A stretch of DNA of 64,000 nt from the NCBI GenBank assembly GCA_963843845.1, contig CAWJMB010000003.1, positions 32,001 through 96,000 on the forward strand, written 5' to 3'. The notes below the pieces were generated by a model. It was not told the origin of the DNA, ran no database searches, and saw only the letters and a program-made list of their open reading frames with translations. This document shows positions 1-11,438 of this stretch, in pieces (position 1 is the stretch's first letter; the number at the start of each line of letters is the position of its first letter). Made by a program: the position numbers and the translations under genes. The stretch comes from an uncultured Gemmatimonadaceae bacterium (GTDB taxonomy: Bacteria > Gemmatimonadota > Gemmatimonadetes > Gemmatimonadales > Gemmatimonadaceae).

Positions 1-1320
1 CGGCCACCGGCGCGACGTCGCTGTTCGCCTCCCGTCTCCATCCGGACCTCGGCCGCGTGCTCGCGGCGACGTCGTCGCTCGCGTCGAGCACGCGGCAGGC
101 GACGCTCGCGCTGAACGCGTCGACGCGGCGCGGCGTGCAGAGCAACCTGTCGTACACGATCATGCGCGTCGCGCGACCAGACGTCGTTTCCCGGGGCGTT
201 CGGCGGCCAGGGCGTCGCGTCGACGACGGCCGGCAACCCCAACGTGTCGGAGTGGGGGCGGAGCGATCTCGAGCGCCGCCATCAGCTGCAGGCCATCGTC
301 TCCTGGCCCGCCGTGTCGTGGCTCGAAGTCAGCGCGGTCGGGCGCCTCACGTCCGGCAACCCCTTCACGCCGGTCGTCGGCGGCGACATCAACGGCGACG
401 GCGCGCGCAACGATCAGGCGTACGTCTTCCCCGCGTCGACGTCCGACACGACCATCGCGAACGGGATGCGCCGCCTGCTCGAGCGCGTCGAGCGGCACGG
501 TGCGGCAGTGTCTCACGGACGCGGCCGGCCGAGTCGCGGGACGCGCGGCGTGCATCGGGCCGTGGCAGTCGTCGCTCGACCTCTCGGCGAACCTGCGGCC
601 GACCTTCCTCAAGCTCGATCGCCGCCTCACGTTCACGCTGTCGACGAACAACCTGTTGGGCGGCCTCGATCGCCTCGCGCACGGCTCCGCGAATCTGCAC
701 GGCTGGGGCACGACCGTGCGCCCCGACGCGACCCTGCTCACGGTGCGCGGCTTCGACGCCGCGCGGCAGGCGTACGTCTACCAGGTCAACGAGCGCTTCG
801 GCCAGACGCGCGGCTCGGCGAACGCGTTCCGCGTGCCGTTCCAGATCTCGCTGCAGGCGCGCCTCACCGTCGGCCCCGACCAGGTCCGCGACCGCCTGCG
901 CGGCGTGTTCGGCGGCGGGCGCACGACGGCCGCCACCCCCTCGGCGCTCGACCGGCTGACGGCGGCCGTGCCGCAGATCATCGACTCGGTGCTCGCGCGC
1001 AAGGACTCGCTCGCGCTCACCGACGCGCAGATGACGGCGCTGCGCGCGCTCGAGGACAGCATCAAGACGGTCGACGCGCCGCTCGCCGACTCGCTCGCGG
1101 CGGTCGTGCAGAAGGCGGGGAACAACCCCGACCCGCGCACGCTCCTGACGACCGCGGGGCCGATGCTGCAGCGCATCCGGCAGAGCTCCAACCAGGCACG
1201 CGCGCCGTGCAGGCGATCCTCACGCCGGAGCAGTGGGCGCTGCTGCCGGAGTCGGTGCGGAATGCCGGGCGAGCGCAGAACGGGCCCGGCGGAGGCGCTG
1301 GACGGCGGCCGGTTCCCTGA
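1..1320 (+). CDS. 3' part of an outer-membrane beta-barrel (TonB-dependent receptor-like) protein with a C-terminal helical LTxxQ extension; truncated by window edge, frameshifted
   Basis: Stitching ORFs 57-959, 244-1320 and 500-1351 gives amphipathic beta-strands, SGNPFTPVVGGDINGDGARND, YVYQVNERFG and PFQISLQARLTVG, then a helical tail with LTDAQ and LTPEQ. Confidence 0.6.
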
Positions 1321-1358
1321 TCGTGACGTCGAACTGCCGACTGTCGGCTGAAGCGCCG

Positions 1359-1395
1359 CTCACGACTGCACGGAGTCCCGCCGTGCAGCCGTGAG
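1359..1395 (-). terminator. hairpin between convergent genes, probable terminator
   Basis: CTCACGACTGCACGG ... CCGTGCAGCCGTGAG, 15-bp arms with one mismatch (G-U on the minus transcript), just past the acyltransferase stop. Confidence 0.5.
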
Positions 1396-1411
1396 TGCCG
1401 CCGCGAAGTGA

Positions 1412-3448
1412 TCACTCGACGGTTCGACGCGACGACGCCGCGTCGATGCGTGCGCCGAGCGTCGGCGCGAGCACGCGCGTGAAGCTCGCCGTCAGATGGT
1501 TGTCGTCCGTGAACTTCACGACCCCGTTCGCCGCGACCACCGAGCACCGCGCCGTCGCGCAGATCGCGTCGTTCATGTCGACGAACCGCACCGGCAGCCC
1601 GCGCGCCGCCTCGCTCTGCGCCCGGTATGCCGTCGCCGAGAGCGAGGCGGCGCGGTCGTACGTACAGTCGCTCGCGAACGGCAGTCGTGCCGCGCGGCGC
1701 GACAGACACGCCGGTACGTCGAACGGCGTGCGCGGCGTGCCGCGGATCGCCACGGTCGGGATGCCCGCGCCCGTCACGCGCGCGTACGTGCGCCGCAGCC
1801 CGTCGCGCCACACCTCGGGCGTCACGTGCCACGGCTGCCCCGTGTCGTCGCGCGGGATGTAGTGGTCCCAGCTCGACAGGATCGCGAGTGCCGGGCGCAT
1901 CGCGACGATGCGGTCGACCATCGCGTCGCGATACTGCGCGCAGAGGCGATCGCGCTGCACGCGCCGCGACCGCTCCGGCTGCGGCAGCCGCGCGACCGGA
2001 CAGCCGCCCATGACGAGCGGAATCACGCGCCACCCGCGCGCCTTGCCGACCGCGTCGACCGCGGCGAGCCAGTGCTGCGCGTGCGAGTCGCCGAACAGCA
2101 CGACGGTCGTCGACGAGCCCGGGTCGCCGAACACGCACGCCGCCCGCTCGCCGCGCCGCGAGCCGACGGTCGCGAGATTCGCGACGTTCGACCCGTCCGC
2201 CGTCGTCGACCAGCAGGCCTGCGCGATCCGGTCCTCGCGCGCCGCCGCGAACGGGCGCTGCTCCGGCCGCGCCGCCGCCCACTCGCCCGCCTTCATGAAG
2301 CCGTAGCTGCCGAGCGCCGCGCCGACGCTCGCGACGAGCGCGATGAGCGACAGCCGATGCGGCGACATCTCCGCCCACCGCCCGCGCCGCATCGGCCCCT
2401 CGACGAGGCGATAGGTGAGCCACGCCGGCCCGAGCGCCGCGATCGACCAGAGCAGCTTGCCGACCGGCCCGATCGTCGGCACGAGCACCCCGCCGAGTCC
2501 GACGAGCGGCCAGTGCCACAGATACCACGCATACGACAGTCGGCCCAACGCCCGCAGCGGCTCGGTGCCCAGCACTCGGCTCCCGGCCGCGTCAGGGGAG
2601 ACGCGCCCTCCGACGATCAGCGCGACCGTGCCGAGCGCCGGCAGCAGCGCGGCGTAGCCGGGGTACGGCGTCACCGCGTCGTAGCTGACCACCGCGGCGA
2701 CGATCGCGGCCAGCCCCGCCGCCTGCAGCAGCGTCCCGCCATGGCCGTCACCGATTCGCGTCGGGACGCGATGAATCAGCAGCAGGACGAGCCCGCCGAG
2801 CGCGAACTCCCACAGCCGCGTCGCGACGCCGAAGAACGCCCACGACGGCGACGTGCGCGTCAGCCAGAGCGACGCGCCGAACGACAGCACGGCGACGACG
2901 ACCAGCCCACCGACGAGGCTCCGCTCGGTCGCGTCCTCGTGCCGCCGCCGCGACTCGGCGACGACGGTCAGGAACGACAGCAGCGGTGCCCACACCAGGT
3001 AGAGCTGCTCCTCGACGGCGAGCGACCAGGTGTGGAGCAGCGGGTTCTCACCGCTCGAGAAGTAGTCGGTCGACCCGCCCGCGAACGCGACGTTGCTCGC
3101 CGAGAGCGCGACCCAGCGGGCGTCGCCGCCGATCGGCGCGCGGTCGATCGGGGCGTAGAACAGCCACACGACGAGCAGCGTCGTCGCGAGCACGACGAGC
3201 AGCGCCGGGAGCAGCCGCAGCGCGCGTCGGCCGTAGAACGCCGAGACGTCGACCGTGCCCGTCTCGGTCGCCTCGCGCGCGAGCAGCCCCGTGACGAAGA
3301 AGCCGGAGAGCACGAAGAACACGTCGACGCCGACGAATCCGCCGGCGAACGCCGTGATCCCGGCGTGGAACAGCACGACGAGGAGGATCGCGATGCCGCG
3401 GAGCCCTTCGAGATCGGAGCGGAAGCCGGGGCGGTCGACGGAAGACAT
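1412..3448 (-). CDS. OafA/YrhL-type acyltransferase-3 with C-terminal SGNH domain
   Basis: FRSDLEGLRGIAILLVV, GGFVGVDVFFVLSGF, HTWSLAVEEQ, LSYAWYLWHWP, GDSHA and DDNH motifs; own ATG at 3448. Confidence 0.9.
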   Translation of the reverse strand: MSSVDRPGFRSDLEGLRGIAILLVVLFHAGITAFAGGFVGVDVFFVLSGFFVTGLLAREATETGTVDVSAFYGRRALRLLPALLVVLATTLLVVWLFYAPIDRAPIGGDARWVALSASNVAFAGGSTDYFSSGENPLLHTWSLAVEEQLYLVWAPLLSFLTVVAESRRRHEDATERSLVGGLVVVAVLSFGASLWLTRTSPSWAFFGVATRLWEFALGGLVLLLIHRVPTRIGDGHGGTLLQAAGLAAIVAAVVSYDAVTPYPGYAALLPALGTVALIVGGRVSPDAAGSRVLGTEPLRALGRLSYAWYLWHWPLVGLGGVLVPTIGPVGKLLWSIAALGPAWLTYRLVEGPMRRGRWAEMSPHRLSLIALVASVGAALGSYGFMKAGEWAAARPEQRPFAAAREDRIAQACWSTTADGSNVANLATVGSRRGERAACVFGDPGSSTTVVLFGDSHAQHWLAAVDAVGKARGWRVIPLVMGGCPVARLPQPERSRRVQRDRLCAQYRDAMVDRIVAMRPALAILSSWDHYIPRDDTGQPWHVTPEVWRDGLRRTYARVTGAGIPTVAIRGTPRTPFDVPACLSRRAARLPFASDCTYDRAASLSATAYRAQSEAARGLPVRFVDMNDAICATARCSVVAANGVVKFTDDNHLTASFTRVLAPTLGARIDAASSRRTVE

Positions 3449-3558
3449 GGCGGGCCGTACGGGGAGCGCGGCCGGTCGGTTCCAGACGTGGATCACCCGC
3501 TCCCGCCTGGCGCCTGCCTTCGGTGTCTGGCCACGGCGCCCGCGCGCTTCCGCGTTCG

Positions 3559-5482
3559 CTACCGATACCCCTCCGCCTGCATCTCGAACAGCTCCGCGTA
3601 CAGCCCGCCGCGCGCCACCAACTCGGCGTGCGTCCCCTCCTCCTCGACCTGCCCGCCGCGGAGCACGACGATCCGGTCGGCCATCCGCACCGTCGAGAAG
3701 CGGTGCGAGATGAGCAGCGCCATCCGACCGGCCGTCAGCTCCGCGAACCGCTCGAACACTTCGTACTCCGCCCGCGCGTCCAGCGCCGCGGTCGGCTCGT
3801 CGAGCACGAGCACCTGTGCGTCGCGGAGGTAGGCGCGGGCGAGCGCGACCTTCTGCCACTCGCCCCCGGAGAGGTCGACGCCACCGGCGAAGCGCCGGCC
3901 CAGCATCTGCCCCCACCCATTCGGCAGCCGCGGCAGCAACGACGACGCGAGCGAGCGGTCGGCCGCGTCGACGATGAGCGCGGGAGGATCGGCCGGCACC
4001 TCGCCCGGCACCTCGCTCGGTGCGTCGCTCGGCATGTCGCCTCGGCAGCACGCCGATCTCGCCGACGGCGATGTTCTCGTCGAAGCGCATGTCGTAGCGC
4101 ACGAAGTCCTGGAAGATCACGCCGATCGCCGCGCGCACCGACGCGAGGTCGTAGTCGCGCAGGTCGCGGCCGTCGAGCACGATGCGCCCTTCGGTCGGGT
4201 CGTACAGCCGGGCGAGCAGCTTCGTGATCGTCGTCTTCCCTGCCCCGTTCTCGCCGACGAGCGCGACGCGCTCGCCCGGACGCAGCGCGACGTCGAGGTG
4301 CCGCACGGCCCACCGATCGGTTCCCGGATAGCGAAAGCCGACCCCCTCGAACACGAAACCGTCGCGGATCGGGGTCGGCACCGTCTGCGCGCCGGTCGGG
4401 GCGACGAGCGTCGGGCGCGTCTCGAGGAACGCGAACAGGTCCACGAGATACAGCGCCTGCTCGGCGATGCCGTTCACCGAGGCGAGCAGGCCTTGCAGCA
4501 GATCGCGGGCGCGCGCGAACGCGCCGGCGAGAAAGGTCATGCGTGCCGAGCGACAGCGTGCCGGCGACCGTGCGCGCGATGACGAGCACGTACGCCGTGT
4601 AGTAGCCGGCGGTGCCCAACGTCGAGAGCAGCCCGCCGACGACGGCGCGCCGCCGCCGCGAACGCACGGTTCTCGGCGATACACGCGCGTCGCGAGCGTG
4701 CGGAAGCGGTCGACGAGCCAGGGCGCGAGGCCGAACAGCTGCACCTCTTTCGCCGTGCGCTCGCTCGCCGCGACGTAGCGCAGGTAGTCGAGCTGCCGGC
4801 GCTGCGGCGTGCGCCGGACGTACAGCGAGTACGCCCGCCCCGCGTAGCGCGTCTCCGCGACGAAGCCGGGAATGATCGCGAGCAGGAGCAGCACGAGCAG
4901 GCGCACGTCGAACACGGCGAGCGCGGCGACGAGCGACGCGAGCGCGAGCACGCTCTGCGCGATGCCGAGGAGCTGCGCGAACAGACCGACGCCGCCCGAT
5001 GCCGCGCCGCGGGCGCGCTCGAGGCGGTCGTAGAACGTCGGGTCCTCGAACTGAGCGAGGTCGAGCGTCGCGGCGTGCTCCATGATCCGCACGCTCATCC
5101 GATTCGTGAACAGCTCGGCGAGCGCGCTCTCCACGTAGGAGGACGCGCGGGCGAGCACCTCGCCGGCGAGCACGATCGCGACTTCGATCCCGACCGCGCG
5201 CCACACCGCGTCGGCGGTACCCGTGCGCCCGGCCGGCGCCGGCGCCGCCGCCGCGGCGACGACGGCGTCGACGATCAGCTTGCCGACCCACAGCGTCGCG
5301 ACCGGCACGCCCGACCGGAGGATGCGTAGCGCCGCGACGGTGACGGCGTAGCCGCGGTGCGCGGACCAGACGAGGCGCAGGAACGCCGGCACGTGTCGCA
5401 GCGCCGCGACCCGCTCGCGCCACGGCGGCGGCGCGTCGGTCGGCGCGCGAGACGCGCGGCGTGGAGAGGTGCCGTCGGCCAT
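3559..5482 (-). CDS. ABC transporter, fused permease/ATPase; frameshifted
   Basis: TM region, Walker A GENGAGKTT; LSGGEWQ, VLDEPT and ISHR motifs lie in the 3559-4035 frame. Confidence 0.88.
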
Positions 5483-5580
5483 GCGCGCAAGCTACGCCCC
5501 CCGCAGTCGTCGGATCGCCGGTTCGGGCTGAACCGTCGCTGTCGCACGCGCGTTCGGCAGGCCGCGAGCCGCCTGGAGCG

Positions 5581-5612
5581 ACGAACGGCGCCCGGGTGGG
5601 GGCGCCGTTCGT
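5581..5612 (-). terminator. 13-bp perfect hairpin downstream of the LVIVD gene
   Basis: ACGAACGGCGCCC (5581-5593) pairs with GGGCGCCGTTCGT (5600-5612); no U-tract. Confidence 0.5.
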
Positions 5613-5647
5613 TCCGAGCGGTGCGCGGGGCGCGCCCCCGCCGCGTG

Positions 5648-7519
5648 CTACCGCGACGCCGCCGCCAGCCGCCTGATCTCGCGCGCCATCGTGCGGACGC
5701 GCGCGCCGTCCTTCGCGCCGCTGACGTCGCTGTCGACCTGCGAGGCGAGCGTCGTGAGCGAGCGGGCGCGGGCCGCGCCGCTCTGCCGCTCGGCCGCCGT
5801 GAGCGCGGCGTCGATCGCCGAGGTGCGCGCGGCGGCGAGGCCGTCGCCGCGCACGAGCTGGTCGAGGTACGAGCGCACGACGACGAACGCCGGCGGCCAC
5901 GTCACCTTCGGCTGGCTCTGCGGATTGTAGTCCGTGAACCGGACGAGCTTCGCCGCCGCGATCTCGTTGGCCGAGAGGTGCTCGCTCGGCGTGAGCTCGT
6001 AGATGTCCATGCCGCGGTTGAGCTCGGACGAGTAGATCAGCCCGTTCCAGTAGTACGCGCCCCACGACCCGCCCATCGTCCGGCCACCGCCGCGAACGTT
6101 CGGGTCCGCCGGGGCGACCGGCATGTCGACCGGCGTCGGCGGGTCGATCGATCCGCGGTCGAAGTACGCGATCTCGAACGCGTGGTCCTGGTCGGTGAAG
6201 TCCATGACGTCGATGCCGCCCTGGTACCACCCCTGGACGTAGAGGTCGCGCCCCGGCACCGGGATGATGCCGCCGTTGTGCGACACGCAGTTCTCTTCCG
6301 CGGACTGCGCCGAGGGGAGCTTGAAGTAGGCGCGCTGCGCCTGCTTCTTCTTCGCGTCGAGGGAGATGATGGTGTTGCCGCCCAGCTCGATCATGCTCGA
6401 CTTCTGGCACATCGGGCTCGTGCCGCCGCCCCACTCGTCGGTCTGGATCAGCTTCGTGCCGTCGTTGCTGAACGCCGCGGTGTGCCGCCCCTGGAAGTTG
6501 TTGGTGTCGGTCAGCGCGTCGAGGCGGATCGGCTTCTCGGGGTTCGTGATGTCCACGAGGATGGAGTGCGTCGAGCAGGCGGCCGCGAGCAGGTTCATCG
6601 ACGGGTACGCCGTCACGTCGTGGCAGTTGCGCGGACCGGTCGACGCGGGCTCACCAGGTTCGGCCGCAGGCGCCGCGCGTCCCGGGCGGCCCGCCGCGGC
6701 GGCGGCGCGGCGCGGATCGGCCGGCGCACAGAACTGCCGGCACTCGCCGACGGCCCCGAGCCCCGTGAAGATCCGCGCGCCGGGGATGACCATGGCGCGC
6801 TCGGGGTGGTCGAGCGGCACCTTGATGATGTCGAGCTGATAGAGCGAGTTCGTCGGGTCGGCCGGATCGGCGCCATTCTTACACCCGGGCATCTCCGTCT
6901 CGGGACGCGCTCCCTGCTGCCCAGACACGTAGAGGTAGACGACGTTCTTGTCCGTCGGGCTGGGCACGACGGTGTGCGTGTGCGACCCCTTACAGGTCTG
7001 CACGTTCTTCACGAGCTTGGGCGCCTTCGGATTCGAGACGTCGTAGATGCGGACGCCGGCCATGTGATCCTTCGGGTCCTGCACGCCCTGGTCGCCGCAA
7101 TCGTTCCGGTTGCCGGCCCCCTCGGCGGAGAGGAAGAGCAGATTCCCGACGACCGACGGATCGCCCTGCGAGGTCGTGCAGCGTACCGCCGACGCGACGA
7201 CCGGCTTCGCCGGATCGGAGATGTCCCAGATGATGAAGCCGGCGAAGTTCCCCTGATACGCGTAGTGCTTGCCGAACGCGAGGTCGGAGTTCACGAACGT
7301 CAGCCCGCGGGACGTGTCGAACGCCGCCGGCTTCTTCGAGAACGAGACCAGGCGCATGTTGCTCGCCGCGGTCCCGGCGTCGTACCGTCCCGGCTTGAGG
7401 CTGTTGCGGGGGTCCTCGGCGGACGGATACGTCTGCGCCGACGCGAGCGTCGGCGCGGCGAGCGCGCCGAGAGTGGCGTGAGCCGCGAGGACGGCGATCG
7501 AGCGACGGACGGCGCGCAT
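5648..7519 (-). CDS. secreted LVIVD-repeat (beta-propeller) protein
   Basis: Signal peptide, NSDLAF, WDISDPAKP, YDVSNPKAP, CHD, ENCVSHNG, WYQGG and AYFDRG motifs. Confidence 0.8.
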   Translation of the reverse strand: MRAVRRSIAVLAAHATLGALAAPTLASAQTYPSAEDPRNSLKPGRYDAGTAASNMRLVSFSKKPAAFDTSRGLTFVNSDLAFGKHYAYQGNFAGFIIWDISDPAKPVVASAVRCTTSQGDPSVVGNLLFLSAEGAGNRNDCGDQGVQDPKDHMAGVRIYDVSNPKAPKLVKNVQTCKGSHTHTVVPSPTDKNVVYLYVSGQQGARPETEMPGCKNGADPADPTNSLYQLDIIKVPLDHPERAMVIPGARIFTGLGAVGECRQFCAPADPRRAAAAAGRPGRAAPAAEPGEPASTGPRNCHDVTAYPSMNLLAAACSTHSILVDITNPEKPIRLDALTDTNNFQGRHTAAFSNDGTKLIQTDEWGGGTSPMCQKSSMIELGGNTIISLDAKKKQAQRAYFKLPSAQSAEENCVSHNGGIIPVPGRDLYVQGWYQGGIDVMDFTDQDHAFEIAYFDRGSIDPPTPVDMPVAPADPNVRGGGRTMGGSWGAYYWNGLIYSSELNRGMDIYELTPSEHLSANEIAAAKLVRFTDYNPQSQPKVTWPPAFVVVRSYLDQLVRGDGLAAARTSAIDAALTAAERQSGAARARSLTTLASQVDSDVSGAKDGARVRTMAREIRRLAAASR

Positions 7520-7561
7520 CGGGTCACGCTCCGGAGCGGGGGAAGAACACAACGTCGGCAT

Positions 7562-7832
7562 GGGGTGTGGGCTGGTGCGGGGAGAGTTGCGTGAGCAGGC
7601 GTCGCACGATGCCGATCCCGGCGGTCTGCATCGTCACCACGTCGTTGGCGAACACCGAGACGGACACCCCCTGACCGCCGCGTGGTGACGCGAACAGGGC
7701 GTCGACCCTCTGCAGCGCGCCTGCGTGGTGCGGATCATCGGGGTCAGGACGCCACGATCGAAGTCGACGCCCTTCGACGCGTCGAGCGCCGCGAGCTGGG
7801 CCTCGGTGAGCGTCCCGGTCGAGACGCCGGCA
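7562..7832 (-). pseudogene. decayed C-terminal remnant of a DUF305 (ferritin-like) gene
   Basis: Across one frameshift it reads GTLTEAQLAALDASKGVDFDRGVLTPMIR/HHAGALQRVDALFASPRGGQ...FANDVVTMQTAGI; no N-terminal half seen; DUF305 genes commonly precede LVIVD genes. Confidence 0.6.
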
Positions 7833-8059
7833 GGAGAGCGACGACTGCGCGGGCGCTGATCGAGCGTGTGACAAACATGCGGGTGTGCTCAGTCAGTGGA
7901 CTCGTGCAGCGCGCGCCTCGGGGGCACGCACGAGGTGCGCGAGGTCGCCGTGGCGCCGGCCACACGTCGGACGATACGGTGTGAGCGGGTGCCACACTAG
8001 GCGTCGGCCGCCACCGATCGACAGCCGACCTCGGACGCCATCGCGCTCGACGACGAGGC

Positions 8060-8533
8060 TCAGCCTCGCACGGCCGCTTCGATGGCGGCGATGTCGATCT
8101 TCTGCATCGGCATCATCGCATCGAACGCGCGCTTCGCGACGTCGCCGCCTCTGGCCAGCGCGTCGGTCAGCGCGCGCGGCGTGATCTGCCAGTGCAGCCC
8201 CCACTTGTCCTTGCACCAGCCGCACCGGCTCGCCTCCCCGCCGTTCTCCACGATCGCGTTCCAGTAGCGATCCGTCTCGTCCTGGTCCGCAGTCTCGATC
8301 TGGAACGAGAAGGCCTCACTGTGCTTGAACCGCGATCCGCCATTAAGGCCGATGCAGGGCACGCCACAGACGGTGAACTGGACCGTCAGGGCGTCCCCCG
8401 CCTTGCCAGACGGATAGTCGGAGGGCGCGCGGTGAACGGCGCCGACACTGCTGTCGGGAAACGTCGCGGCGTAGAAGCGCGCCGCCGCTTCGGCGTCCCG
8501 GTCGTACCACAGACAGATCGTGTTCTTGGCCAT
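8060..8533 (-). CDS. VOC/PhnB-like protein (3-demethylubiquinone-9 3-methyltransferase family)
   Basis: CLWYD, LNGG, FSFQI, DQDETDRYWNAI, CGWCKDKWGLHWQITP, MMPMQKIDIA. Confidence 0.9.
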   Translation of the reverse strand: MAKNTICLWYDRDAEAAARFYAATFPDSSVGAVHRAPSDYPSGKAGDALTVQFTVCGVPCIGLNGGSRFKHSEAFSFQIETADQDETDRYWNAIVENGGEASRCGWCKDKWGLHWQITPRALTDALARGGDVAKRAFDAMMPMQKIDIAAIEAAVRG

Positions 8534-8585
8534 CGTGACGAACTCCGGTGGGGGTCGGTGAGCACGGGGAAGGAGAACAATATCG

Positions 8586-10341
8586 TCAACGTCCCGTCTC
8601 GACGTCGCGCGCCGCCCGCTCCGTCGCCGTCCGCACGCGCCCCCGCGCCCGCTCGATCGCCGCCCGCGTCGCCACCGACGCGCCGCCGACCTCGATCTCC
8701 GCCGCCGCCCCGAGCGCGCCGTCGTAGTACGCGCCCCACGCGCGAACGATGTGCGCCTCGTGCGCCCGATCTCCCGCCGCCGCGACGACGCCCCGCGACA
8801 GCGTCTCCTCGGTCGTCAGCCGCGCGAGCGCCGCGTCGGTCAGCTCTGCCACCACCGCACGCGTCGTCGCGCCGTCGGCGCTCGCGAGCGTCAGCGCCGA
8901 GACGAGCGCCGACACGCCGACGTTGCGTCAATTCGCTCGCCGAGACCTTGTCGATGCGGTCGCCGTCGGTGTGGTAGAACTCGTCGGTGAAGTGCCAGAG
9001 CAGCAGCGCCCGGCTTCTTCGCGCTCGAGGAACGGCGTGTGGTCGCTGCCGCCCTCGAACGGATTCGTCCGCACGACCCAGTCCGTCGTCGCCGCCTGAT
9101 CGAGGCAGCGCGCGCAGCACGAAGTCGTTGAAGTAGTGCGGCACGATGCTGGTCCTCGGCGAGCGGGCTGCCGCCCCACGCGGTGTGCTTGTTCGTCGCC
9201 GCGCGTCCACACCGCGGACGGGTCGGGCATCTTCTCGATGAGGAAGGTGCCGCCGGTGTTCGCCGTGTCCTCGCCGACCATGTCGAGGCTCATCCCCCAC
9301 TTCACGCCGCGCGTGCGCGCACGTGTCGTCGGCGAGGTAGGCGCGCGTCGCGGCGATCTCGTTGCCCCAGATGAACGTGATCGATGCGCCTCGGGTCCGC
9401 CGCGCCGATCGCGCACGAGCGACGCGAGCACGCGCGCCATCTCCGCCTGGGCGCCGACGCCCGACGCGTTGTCGTTCGCGCCCGGCTCCTGCACGTGCGC
9501 GCTGAACACGAACCGCTCGTTCGGCACCGCGCTCCCGCGCACGTCGGCGATCAGCGTCCGCTCGTCCGACGCGTACGATGCGCGCCGCGACGTGCACGCG
9601 CACGCGCACCGGCCCCGCCGCGAGCGCGCTGCGCAGCCGCGCTGCGCGCGTCGGTCGAGAGCAGGATCCCCCACGCGCCTGCGCCGTGTCGAGCGGGATC
9701 GACGAGAACTGGATCGAGGTGCGGTGCACCTGCCGGCTCGAGGTACGCCGGCATCGAGTACGCGAGCACGCCGAGCGCGCCGCGCTTCTGCACCGCCTCC
9801 GTCCACACGCGCCCCGCCGGCCCGTCGGCGTAGACGATCTTGCCGCGCACGTCCACGCGCGCGAACGACGAGTCGGCGAGCGAGCCGACCGCGACGACCT
9901 CCGCCTCGACGCCGCCGGCCGGCGTCGCCTGCGAGTTGATCGTCAGCATGTTGCGGTTCGGATCGCGTGCGGAGCAGCGGCGTCGCCTGCCCGACGATGG
10001 TCACCGACGCGCTCTCCGGCTCCCACGTCATGTTCTGCATCGGCTTCGACTCGACGCGATAGGTGAGCCGATCTCTCGCCGACGCCGCGGACTCCTCGAC
10101 GTACCCCGCGGCCCGCAGCACGCGCGCGACGCTGTCGATGCTCGCGTCGAAGCACCGATTGCCCGGCAGCCGCCAGCAGCGATCGAGGTACGCGACGACG
10201 GCGAGCGCGCGCTGCCCGTCGTATCGCGCGCGCACCTGCGTGAACGCGCGCTCGGCCGCGGGAATCGGCGACGTCGGCGCGGAGGCGCCCGAGCGCGGCG
10301 AGCGCGCCGAGGAGGAGGAAGGAGCGATGTCCGGAGGTCAT
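8586..10341 (-). CDS. M28 family metallopeptidase with PA domain; frameshifted
   Basis: FSAHVQEPGANDNASG, WGNEI, SLDMVGED, GGSDHTPF and YHTDGD distributed over several frames. Confidence 0.8.
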
Positions 10342-10391
10342 GTGGTGAAGCTACCCGTGACACCCCGCGGTCCACAGACTACTCTCGCCGC

Positions 10392-11438
10392 ATGCACCGC
10401 ATGCGAGCCCTCCGCCTCACGCGCCCCGGCGCCCCCGTCGAGCTGCACGACGTTCCCATCCCGACAGTCGGCCCGCGCGATGTCCTCGTGCGCGTGCGCG
10501 CCGCAGGGATCTGTCACTCCGACGCGCACTACCGCGCCGGCCGCTCCCCGGCGCGCCCGCTGCCCCTCACGTTGGGGCACGAAGTCGCCGGCACTGTCGA
10601 GCACGTCGGCGAGCACGTCACACACGTCGCCCCCGGCGACCGCGTGAGCCTGCACTATCTCGTCGCCTGCGCCGACTGTTACCACTGTAGCCGCGGCAGC
10701 GAACAGTTCTGTCGCACCGGCTCGATGATCGGGCACTTCCGCGACGGTGGGTGGGCCGACTTCATCGCGGTTCCCGAGCGCAACGCCGTGCGCATCCCGG
10801 ACGCGGTCCCCTTCGAGCACGCGGCAGTGTTGATGTGCTCGTCGGCGACGTCGATGCACGCGCTGCGCAAGGGACGTCTCGCCGGCGGCGAGTCGGTCGC
10901 CGTGTTCGGCGTCGGCGGGCTCGGCATGTCGGCGATCCAGCTCGCCCGCGCGTTAGGCGCCCTCGACGTCTTCGCGATCGACGTCGACCCCGCGAAGCTC
11001 GCGCTCGCCGAGCGACTCGGCGCGATCGCGGTGAACGCGCGCGAGGTGGACCCGGTGGAGACGATCCGCGCGCGCAGCGTGGGCGGCGGCGTCGACGTCG
11101 CGCTCGAGCTGATCGGGCTGCCGCTCACGATCCGGCAGGCCGTTCAATCGTTGGGCGTCCAGGGACGCGCCGTCGTCGCCGGTCTCGCGCAGGAGCCGCT
11201 CGCCCTCGACACCTACCGCGACCTGTTAGGCAAGGAGGCCGAGCTGATCGGCGCGAACGACCATCTCTTGCAGGAACTGCCGCTGCTGCTGGAGTTCGCG
11301 CGTCGGAAGTCGCTCGATCTCACCGACGTCGTCGCGCGCACCGTGCCGCTCGACGCCGCGGCCGTGAACGCCGTGCTCGACGAGCTCGATCGCTACGGCG
11401 CCCCCGTGCGCACCGTCATCGCACTGCCAGGAGATTGA
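10392..11438 (+). CDS. zinc-dependent alcohol dehydrogenase (MDR family)
   Basis: GICHSD, LGHEVAG, CxxCxxCx7C structural Zn site, GVGGLG Rossmann motif. Confidence 0.92.
   Translation: MHRMRALRLTRPGAPVELHDVPIPTVGPRDVLVRVRAAGICHSDAHYRAGRSPARPLPLTLGHEVAGTVEHVGEHVTHVAPGDRVSLHYLVACADCYHCSRGSEQFCRTGSMIGHFRDGGWADFIAVPERNAVRIPDAVPFEHAAVLMCSSATSMHALRKGRLAGGESVAVFGVGGLGMSAIQLARALGALDVFAIDVDPAKLALAERLGAIAVNAREVDPVETIRARSVGGGVDVALELIGLPLTIRQAVQSLGVQGRAVVAGLAQEPLALDTYRDLLGKEAELIGANDHLLQELPLLLEFARRKSLDLTDVVARTVPLDAAAVNAVLDELDRYGAPVRTVIALPGD

Noticed and set aside
1412..5482. 1356-aa ORF suggesting an ABC transporter-acyltransferase fusion
   Set aside because: The ABC C-terminus ends in another frame at 3559 and the acyltransferase has its own ATG at 3448; the join is out-of-frame sequence caused by an indel
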